A stretch of 64,000 bases of DNA from an uncultured delta proteobacterium (lineage in GTDB: Bacteria; Desulfobacterota; Binatia; Binatales; Binataceae), in the NCBI GenBank assembly GCA_963711565.1, contig CAVQEQ010000004.1, forward strand, positions 160,001-224,000, in the 5' to 3' direction. The translations under genes and the position numbers were made by a program. Under the pieces are notes generated by a model that did not search any database, was not told where the DNA came from, and saw only the letters and a program-made list of their open reading frames with translations. Every line of letters starts with the position of its first letter. Position 1 is the stretch's first letter. Below, piece by piece: positions 57,436-64,000 of the stretch.

Positions 57436-58251
57436 CTATCGGCTCCACCGATGCTGGCGCTGAAGAGGCGCACTGCGCTGCCGGCTCGACGCCGCGAGCT
57501 GGATACTCGCCGGCGCGTGGCCATTCGCGACGTGTGCGACTTCGTTCACCGCCGCCTCGATCGTTCCGCCGCGCAGCAGAATATATTTGCGCTCGCGCCG
57601 CCCGATCTCTCCGTCTTCGGCCAGTTCCGTCAGTACGCGCCCGACCACCGGCCGCGAGCTGCCGATCATTTCCGCCAAGTCGGAATGCGTCGGCTCGAAC
57701 GTGAGCAAAACTCCGTCGCTATCGGCGATGCCGAATTTGCGCCCCAATTCCGCCAGCACCATTTCAATTCGTTCGCGATATGAAAGTCCCAGAAACGTCG
57801 CGTAGTACTGCACCCATTCCGTCGCCGCCGAATTCATCCGCTCCGTCAGCGCCAGCAGTTCCTCCGCGTTCATCGCCTTCAGCAGATTGCGCACATGGTC
57901 GCGCGTCACGATCGCCAGCACACAGTTGCTAGCCGTCCACGCTTCGAAGCGCCGGACCCATTGCCCCTTCTCGTTGAGCTTGTCCGCCAGCCCCAGCACG
58001 TCGCCGGCCGTCGCCAGCCTCACCAGCGTCTGCGTGCCCTTCGGATTCGGACAGACTTCACGCACGACGCCCTTGACGACCCACATCACGATGTCGGCCG
58101 GCGAGCCTTGGCTGAAGATAAGCTTGCCCGATGTGTAGTTGATCTCCGTATGATGCGCGGTCAACTCCTTCGCGGTCTCCTCCGGAATCCCCCACGAAAA
58201 AAGCCCGGCCTCGAACACGTTCGCCCGGTTGAGAATAGAGACCTGATTCAT
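57436..58251 (-). CDS. Crp/Fnr-family transcriptional regulator (paralog 3)
   Basis: 'IFSQGSPAD', 'GDVLG', HTH 'DLAEMIGSSRPVVGR'. GGAG before ATG 58251. Confidence 0.87.
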   Translation of the reverse strand: MNQVSILNRANVFEAGLFSWGIPEETAKELTAHHTEINYTSGKLIFSQGSPADIVMWVVKGVVREVCPNPKGTQTLVRLATAGDVLGLADKLNEKGQWVRRFEAWTASNCVLAIVTRDHVRNLLKAMNAEELLALTERMNSAATEWVQYYATFLGLSYRERIEMVLAELGRKFGIADSDGVLLTFEPTHSDLAEMIGSSRPVVGRVLTELAEDGEIGRRERKYILLRGGTIEAAVNEVAHVANGHAPASIQLAASSRQRSAPLQRQHRWSR

Positions 58252-58422
58252 CTTCGACTCCGCCAGGACAGTCTGCGCCGACTTCGTTTTCACCGTGTGA
58301 TGCTCCGTGTTGCGAGCGTGAAAAATAAGGCGGCCCGGGGTCCCCCACACCAGCTTGACCGGCGCTATGTCCCCAGACATCGCGCAGCCAACTCCGCGGG
58401 CGGGCCGCCGCTGCACAACATC

Positions 58423-58439
58423 AGCAAAGGATGTGCCCA
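58423..58439 (-). promoter_or_regulatory. Sigma54 (-24/-12) promoter for Crp paralog 3
   Basis: Minus strand reads TGGGCACATCCTTTGCT (GGCAC-N5-TTGCT). Confidence 0.6.
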
Positions 58440-58688
58440 AATGAACGCTATCGCGCGCCGCCTCCGCTCAGAAGTTCCAAGCGCGCGTTATATCGGCGAA
58501 ATCTCGGTTGGGCGATTTAGCGGTCGATTCGCCCGGCAATGATTCGCGCCAATTTGAATGGAGCCGGAAGAAGATGTTGGGTCAAAATTCCCCCGCGCAC
58601 GACGGCATTTCTCCGAAGTAGGACGGAATTCATTCCGTCGCTCCGAGACGTCGCCCATCGACAATTCTCAGGAAACTAAAAGATCCGG

Positions 58689-58715
58689 GATTCTTCGCTT
58701 CGCTCTAGAATGACA
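58689..58715. repeat. REP-like half-element (GATTCTTCGCTTCGCTC..AGAATGAC class)
   Basis: Resembles, from memory, a widespread intergenic palindrome family; single copy in this window. Confidence 0.5.
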
Positions 58716-58950
58716 CGAACAAAAAGCCCTTGAGAGCAAAATGGCGTCCTCGCCATTTTGCGATTAACACTGGGTGCAGGGGTCCGCGACGGTGTCGACA
58801 CCCCCTGCCCAAGGAGGTGCGGAACCCACGGCGGGTTCCGCATTAGATAAAGTGATCCCCCAGACCGCCGCCTTAGCCGGAACGCACGCAATCGCATATA
58901 ACTGACGCGATGACACCTTGCGCGCCGCGCTCCCCGATGGAGCACCGACT

Positions 58951-60423
58951 GTGAAAATCGGTACTCGCCTGACCCTCGTCCTGATGCTGTGCGTGATGCC
59001 GGTGATCGCCGCCTACACTTATTGGAGCGTCGCGCAGTCCAACGTCTATCTGAACGAGTTGAAGCAATCGGCGCGCGCCGTCAGCTCCGGCACGGCCCCT
59101 TCGGTTGACGAAGAAGTCATCGCCAATCAGTTCGACAAAATCGGTGACGCGTTCCGCAAGATGGACGCGCAAGGAACGCGCAGCGCGATCCTCCGTAAGG
59201 ACGGCACGCTATGGTACTCGCTGCCGGACTTCCCCAATGAACTCGTCGACGCGGCCCGGGTGCAACTCGCGCATTACCAGCCCGTTGAGTTCGGCCCGAC
59301 CAGCGGCCCGATGAACTGGTTCTGTGAATTGGTCCCGCTGAAAGGAAACGGCGGCGACGTAATCGGCTATCTGCTCGAAGTCCAGGATTGGACCAAGGTG
59401 GCGCGTGATAGCCGCACGCAATCGATCGCGTCGATCGTCGTGGCGCTCTGTCTGCTCGCTATCGTCGCGGCGGTCATCCCCGCGATGGTCTATCGGTACG
59501 TCTCGCGGCCGCTCGCCGATCTGTCGGCCAAGGTCACGAAATTTTCTTCGAGCGATTCCGATCGGCCCGCGGGCAGCGAAGTGGAACTGCTCGGCGAAGA
59601 ATTCGGCAAGCTCGATCAGCAGCTCAACAAGGCGCGCATCGATCTCGAGGATCGCCATCGGCGCGAATTGGAACTCGAACGCGAGCTGCAGCGCGCGGAC
59701 CGGCTCGCCACCATCGGCGCGCTGGCCGCCGGACTCGCGCACGAAATCGGCACCCCGATGGGCGTGATCCGCGTGCGCGCCGAGTCTCTCCAACAGGACG
59801 AGACGATCGCGCCCGACTCGCGCGTCAAGCTCGGCATCATCGTCCGCCAGATCGATCGCATCACGCGCATCGTCCGGATGCTGCTCGACTATGCGCGCAA
59901 GAGCGAATCGCACAAGGCCATCTGCGACTTGCGCACGATCGCCGAGCGCGCACTGACTCTGCTCGAGCCGGAAGCCGCGCATCGCAACGTCAGGACAATC
60001 GCTCGACTGGGAGACAATCCGCTGATGGTAAATTGCGACGCCGATCAGCTCGAACAGGTCTTCGTCAACATGATCATGAACGCCTTCGACGCGATGAATC
60101 GCAACGGCGGAACCCTGCGCGTCACCGCAAATTCTGAAAAAGGCAACGGCGGCTCGCGCGTGACAATCGCGTTCGAGGACACCGGCGTCGGCGTCGCCCC
60201 CGAGCACGAGAAAAGCCTCTTCGCCCCCTTCTTCACCACCAAGGAGCCGGGCAAGGGCACCGGGATGGGCCTCGCCGTGAGCCAGTCTATAGTACGCGAG
60301 CACGACGGCGAGATAACCTTCAGCTCGGGCCCGACGGGTTCGCGCTTTGTCGTCGCGATTCCGATGGCGTCCGCCGAGATAGTCGAACATGAGCATGGAC
60401 CCCGTGAGCAGCGGCACGCATAG
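58951..60423 (+). CDS. Membrane sensor histidine kinase (NtrB/ZraS-like)
   Basis: Two TM segments, HAMP-like linker, H-box 'AHEIGTP', N-box 'QVFVNMIMNA', 'DTGVG', 'PFFTTK..G.GTGMGL'. Confidence 0.93.
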   Translation: MKIGTRLTLVLMLCVMPVIAAYTYWSVAQSNVYLNELKQSARAVSSGTAPSVDEEVIANQFDKIGDAFRKMDAQGTRSAILRKDGTLWYSLPDFPNELVDAARVQLAHYQPVEFGPTSGPMNWFCELVPLKGNGGDVIGYLLEVQDWTKVARDSRTQSIASIVVALCLLAIVAAVIPAMVYRYVSRPLADLSAKVTKFSSSDSDRPAGSEVELLGEEFGKLDQQLNKARIDLEDRHRRELELERELQRADRLATIGALAAGLAHEIGTPMGVIRVRAESLQQDETIAPDSRVKLGIIVRQIDRITRIVRMLLDYARKSESHKAICDLRTIAERALTLLEPEAAHRNVRTIARLGDNPLMVNCDADQLEQVFVNMIMNAFDAMNRNGGTLRVTANSEKGNGGSRVTIAFEDTGVGVAPEHEKSLFAPFFTTKEPGKGTGMGLAVSQSIVREHDGEITFSSGPTGSRFVVAIPMASAEIVEHEHGPREQRHA

Positions 60424-61774
60424 CGATCAGGCAATCGTGCTGGTCGTCGACGACGACCACGACATGGTCGCCGCGCTCAGCGACATCCTGCGCGAAGCCG
60501 GCTACCGTCCGCTGAGCGCGCATTCGGGCAATGAAGCGCTCGCGATCGTCGCGCGCGAATCTCCCGACGTGCTGATCTCCGATCTCCGGATGGCCGGGAT
60601 GAGCGGGCACGGACTGCAAGCCGAGCTGAAGCGAATCGCGCCCGATCTGCCCGTGATCATCATCACCGCCTTCGGTTCGATTCAGACGGCGGTCGAGTCG
60701 ATGAAGCTCGGCGCCTTCGATTACATCACCAAGCCCTTCAGCAACAGCGAGTTGCTGCTGCTCGTCGCGCGCGCGCTGGAAAATCGCGCCCTCCGAAGTG
60801 AAGTGAAGCGCCTGCGCATCGAGCTGGCGCGCAATCACGGCCTCGAAAATATTATCGCGTCGAGTCCGAAGATGACTGCGATGCTGAGCAAGCTCGCGCA
60901 GGTCGCCGACAGCAACGTCAGCGTGCTGATCACCGGCGAGAGCGGCACCGGCAAGGACCTGCTGGCGCGCGCGCTTCACTTCCAGAGCGCGCGCCACAGC
61001 GGCCCGTTCGTGCCCGTCAACTGCGCGGCGATTCCCGAGAGCCTCATCGAGAGCGAGCTGTTCGGACACGCGCGCGGCGCCTTCACCGACGCCAAGCAGA
61101 ACAAGGTCGGCCTCTTCGTCGCCGCCAGCCACGGCACTCTCTTCCTCGACGAAATCGGCGAGATGCTCCCGACAGTCCAGGCCAAGCTGCTCCGAGTCAT
61201 CGAGGACAAAAAAGTCCGCCCGCTCGGCGCGACCGGCGAGACGACCGTCGACGTCCGCGTCATCGCCGCCACCAACGCCGATTTGGAGAAAGCGGTCGCC
61301 GACGGCCGCTTCCGCTCCGATCTATTTTATCGCATCGCAACCGTCACGATGGCGGTGCCGCCGCTGCGCGACCGTCCCGAAGACATTCCGCTGCTGATCA
61401 AGCACTTCCTGATGCGCGCCGGCGCCGAGGCCGGCAAACCCCCGCCGAATCTCGACGCCGAAACGACGGATCTTCTCACGCACTATCGATGGCCCGGCAA
61501 CATCCGCGAGCTGCAAAACGCGATTCAGCAGGCCGTCATCCTCTGCTCCGGCCCGCAGATCACCCGCGCCGACCTGCCGAGCAGGATCACCGGCGACCAC
61601 CACGCCCCGAATCACCTGGAAGAACTCGCGTCACGCCGAATGCCCCTGGAAGAAGTCGAACGCCAATACGCCCGCGCCGTTCTGGCGTCGGTCAACAACC
61701 ACCGCGGCGAAGCCGCCGCAATCCTGGGCGTCGACCGCAAAACCCTAACCCGCAAACTAGAAGACCCCGACTGA
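60389..61774 (+). CDS. Sigma54-dependent response regulator (NtrC/AtoC/ZraR family)
   Basis: REC 'VVDDD', 'SDLRM'; 'GESGTGKD', 'ESELFGH', 'GAFTDA', 'WPGNIREL'; Fis-type HTH. Confidence 0.95.
   Translation: MSMDPVSSGTHSDQAIVLVVDDDHDMVAALSDILREAGYRPLSAHSGNEALAIVARESPDVLISDLRMAGMSGHGLQAELKRIAPDLPVIIITAFGSIQTAVESMKLGAFDYITKPFSNSELLLLVARALENRALRSEVKRLRIELARNHGLENIIASSPKMTAMLSKLAQVADSNVSVLITGESGTGKDLLARALHFQSARHSGPFVPVNCAAIPESLIESELFGHARGAFTDAKQNKVGLFVAASHGTLFLDEIGEMLPTVQAKLLRVIEDKKVRPLGATGETTVDVRVIAATNADLEKAVADGRFRSDLFYRIATVTMAVPPLRDRPEDIPLLIKHFLMRAGAEAGKPPPNLDAETTDLLTHYRWPGNIRELQNAIQQAVILCSGPQITRADLPSRITGDHHAPNHLEELASRRMPLEEVERQYARAVLASVNNHRGEAAAILGVDRKTLTRKLEDPD
61730..61771 (+). repeat. Imperfect direct repeat, copy 1 (3' end of the response regulator gene)
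   Basis: 35/42 identical to 63355-63395 by manual alignment. Confidence 0.75.
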
Positions 61775-61843
61775 TTCGCGCTAGATTGGCGCCGCGCCCT
61801 CCTGAAGGTGCAGAAGACGCGAGGATGAAACCATTACTGGATC

Positions 61844-63223
61844 CTAAGCGTGTACAAAATGCTCGATGACTTTCTTCGCGAACTGATCTACTAAGGGAGT
61901 AATTGTTACCGACGCTATCAACGACAAGGCAGCAACAGACGGGGCCCTGAATTTTTCAGCAGCTTTGATCTGCCGTCTTAGTTCCTCTCTCTGATGGCGG
62001 TAGAACTCGGCCCAATCTTTGGCTGTAGTGTTGGCCTTGTCAGGATTTACACTCGTCTCGAGCTCCCGCATGATATTTGAGGTCTGTCCACTAAACTCAT
62101 TGAACCATTCTACATGCTGAAAGCGCGGGTCGTAGTCGCGGGTTCCCCTAAAAGCCTCTACAGAACCTTCGGTAAACGGAGCTTGCTCGGGAAGCTGCGA
62201 AGCATTCTCTACAAGGGCGGTAGCGTCTAAATTCGGCTCGGCGACTGTTTTGCCAGAATCCTCCGTTTGGCTCATGGTGATGCCCCACAGAAGCATCTTG
62301 TCGCTATCCAGAAAATTCTTCCACTTCTCACCGAACCTAGCTATCAAATGTCCTAACTCTGCTGCATGACTTTTGCCGGTTGGTGCTTCCAGCGTCTTAA
62401 CCAAATCGGTAAGCCAGCCTTCCTCTTTCTTTAGTAGATCCAACCGCTTGGTTCTGCCGCGTAGCCAGCCAATCAGATAGGGTATCAAAATGAATGAGGC
62501 CAGATAGGAAATGAGGATGATCGGTAATATCAACGGAAATTGAAGTGGAATGTTGGTATTTAGAAAGCTAGCACTTTCTCTATTCGGGTTAGGAAGAGTC
62601 CAGTAGAACAGTGCCAGGTATAAGGCAAAAGGAACCAACCCACCGAATTGCGCTACAAGAAAACGACTTCGGGTTCCTTCGTCCAAGTTCTCAGACGAAA
62701 GAGTTCCGACGATAACAGGCAAAGAAAGCGGCAAGCCCGCGACAGTGGACAAGAGCAGAGTGAGCTGGATAGTCCTAACCTCAAGCTCAGGCGATGAGAT
62801 AGGATGTCTGAAGTATAGGATCGCGGCCACGATTGGATAGCCCAAGAAAGCCACGATCGAAAATAGCAAACCCAAAACCATGGTAATCGGATGCTTTAGT
62901 CCGAATTCGTTACCAGCCCACAGCGAGCGCAGTCCCCACTCGGTCTCACTCGAACCAAGAAATCCCCAGAGAATACCCGTGACGATCACACCCAGCTGAG
63001 CGCCGGCGAAAACTAGAGCCATTAGAGCCACACTGCCGAAGCCGCTCAGTAGGTAAATGAACGAAAACATCCCGGCTGTCGAAAGCAAGATGGTTAACTC
63101 AGTAAAGGCGAAGGCATTGCTGGTCCGCAGGCCGTGTGTCGTGGCCTTCGATGTGAGCCGCGCGCTTGCGATCGCAAAAACGAAATACGCGAAGCAGAAG
63201 ACGAGGAATCTAAGTAGATGCAT
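61844..63223 (-). CDS. Lower-GC polytopic membrane protein of unknown function
   Basis: 459-aa ORF with about 7 N-terminal TM segments, a soluble helical region and a C-terminal hydrophobic segment; many A/T-ending codons. Confidence 0.7.
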   Translation of the reverse strand: MHLLRFLVFCFAYFVFAIASARLTSKATTHGLRTSNAFAFTELTILLSTAGMFSFIYLLSGFGSVALMALVFAGAQLGVIVTGILWGFLGSSETEWGLRSLWAGNEFGLKHPITMVLGLLFSIVAFLGYPIVAAILYFRHPISSPELEVRTIQLTLLLSTVAGLPLSLPVIVGTLSSENLDEGTRSRFLVAQFGGLVPFALYLALFYWTLPNPNRESASFLNTNIPLQFPLILPIILISYLASFILIPYLIGWLRGRTKRLDLLKKEEGWLTDLVKTLEAPTGKSHAAELGHLIARFGEKWKNFLDSDKMLLWGITMSQTEDSGKTVAEPNLDATALVENASQLPEQAPFTEGSVEAFRGTRDYDPRFQHVEWFNEFSGQTSNIMRELETSVNPDKANTTAKDWAEFYRHQREELRRQIKAAEKFRAPSVAALSLIASVTITPLVDQFAKKVIEHFVHA

Positions 63224-63354
63224 CTTTTTTTCCGAACAGGCCCCCTTGTTCGCAAAACTGTCGAGGCGGTAGATTCTACGTTTTATTGTTCAAGTTTGTA
63301 AACACCGGTCGCTGCTTCCGTTAACAACCCGATTGCATCTTCGCAACGAATTCT

Positions 63355-63395
63355 GTCGACAGCAAAATCCTGTCCGCAAACTCGAAGACGCCGAC
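63355..63395 (+). repeat. Imperfect direct repeat, copy 2 (displaced, decayed 3' end)
   Basis: GTCGACAGCAAAATCCTGTCCGCAAACTCGAAGACGCCGAC; 1-bp deletion relative to copy 1. Confidence 0.75.
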
Positions 63396-63401
63396 ACCTA
63401 T

Positions 63402-64000
63402 TCAATTATTGGAATAATTCTTACCAATATATAAAGTGAAAGTGCGCATTTTCGAATTTAGCTCTTTGCCGAGATCGCCGCGTCGCGTTACCTCGATTCG
63501 CTCGAGGCCCAGCCACGACGCCATTGTGACCAGCTCGCGCATCAGCGGTTCCGCCACCGCGCGCGGCCGCACGCCGGGCTCGCTATGCGCGCCCTGCACG
63601 AGCAGCGTCCGCGTTGCACGATCGGATTTCAGATCGACGCGCGCGACCAGCCGGTCCCCGAGCAGGAACGGCAGCACATAGTATCCGTACTTGCGCTTCG
63701 CCAACGGAGTGTAGATCTCGATTCGATAATGGAAGCCGAAAATTCTCTCCGTGCGCGCGCGCTCCCACACCAGCGAGTCGAACGGAGAGAGCAGGGCGCG
63801 CGCCTCCAGCCTGCGCGGCGACTTCGCCTCGCGATGGACGTACGCCGGCTCCCGCCATCCTTCGACCCTAACCGGAGTCAACTCTCCCGTCTCGACGAGT
63901 TCCCTGATGCGCTGCCTGCCGGGAGTCAGGCGGATGCGAAAATAATCGCAAAGATCTTTCTCCGTGCCGACGCCAAGCGCGCGCGCCGCGGTTCGCATCA
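63402..64000 (-). CDS. ycaQ: YcaQ/AlkZ-family (HTH_42) DNA crosslink-repair glycosylase, 5' part outside the window
   Basis: '[39 protein letters not shown]', 'ARVDLK'. Confidence 0.88.
   Translation of the reverse strand, partial: MRTAARALGVGTEKDLCDYFRIRLTPGRQRIRELVETGELTPVRVEGWREPAYVHREAKSPRRLEARALLSPFDSLVWERARTERIFGFHYRIEIYTPLAKRKYGYYVLPFLLGDRLVARVDLKSDRATRTLLVQGAHSEPGVRPRAVAEPLMRELVTMASWLGLERIEVTRRGDLGKELNSKMRTFTLYIGKNYSNN

Noticed and set aside
61780-63400. Prophage or intact integrative element
   Set aside because: Only one cargo gene; no integrase, transposase or phage genes.

Overview
GC-rich bacterial DNA from a diderm organism. The gene families (ASH/choice-of-anchor-D proteins, expanded atypical Crp paralogs, TMTC-like TPR proteins) suggest Candidatus Binatota, but that is inference. 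The window is mostly cell-surface genes. 1-25.4 kb: a Wzy-dependent exopolysaccharide locus (OPX, OM beta-barrel, Wzc, Wzy-like protein, 5 glycosyltransferases) with many decorating enzymes (2 sulfotransferases, 4 methyltransferases, FemAB-like, phosphodiesterase, NTase-like) and two paralogous GH-like proteins. 26-32.6 kb: an ArnT/PMT-like GT-C plus three tandem TMTC-like putative protein O-mannosyltransferases. 32.8-44 kb: secreted proteins (2 DUF4412-like, one Cys-rich, one Kelch and one 12-blade NHL protein, the last two with long Thr linkers and basic ASH domains). 44-64 kb: small genes, an XRE-nfeD-flotillin-pspA operon, GH38 mannosidase/ROK/ceramidase-like genes, two more Crp paralogs, a sigma54 two-component system, a lower-GC insert flanked by a duplicated gene 3' end, and partial ycaQ. 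No rRNA, tRNA, CRISPR array or transposase was seen. The best candidate for an undescribed system is a TMTC-type O-mannosylation cluster next to its putative substrates, which carry disulfide-bracketed, partly nested insert modules. All functional calls come from reading motifs by eye; no database searches were run.
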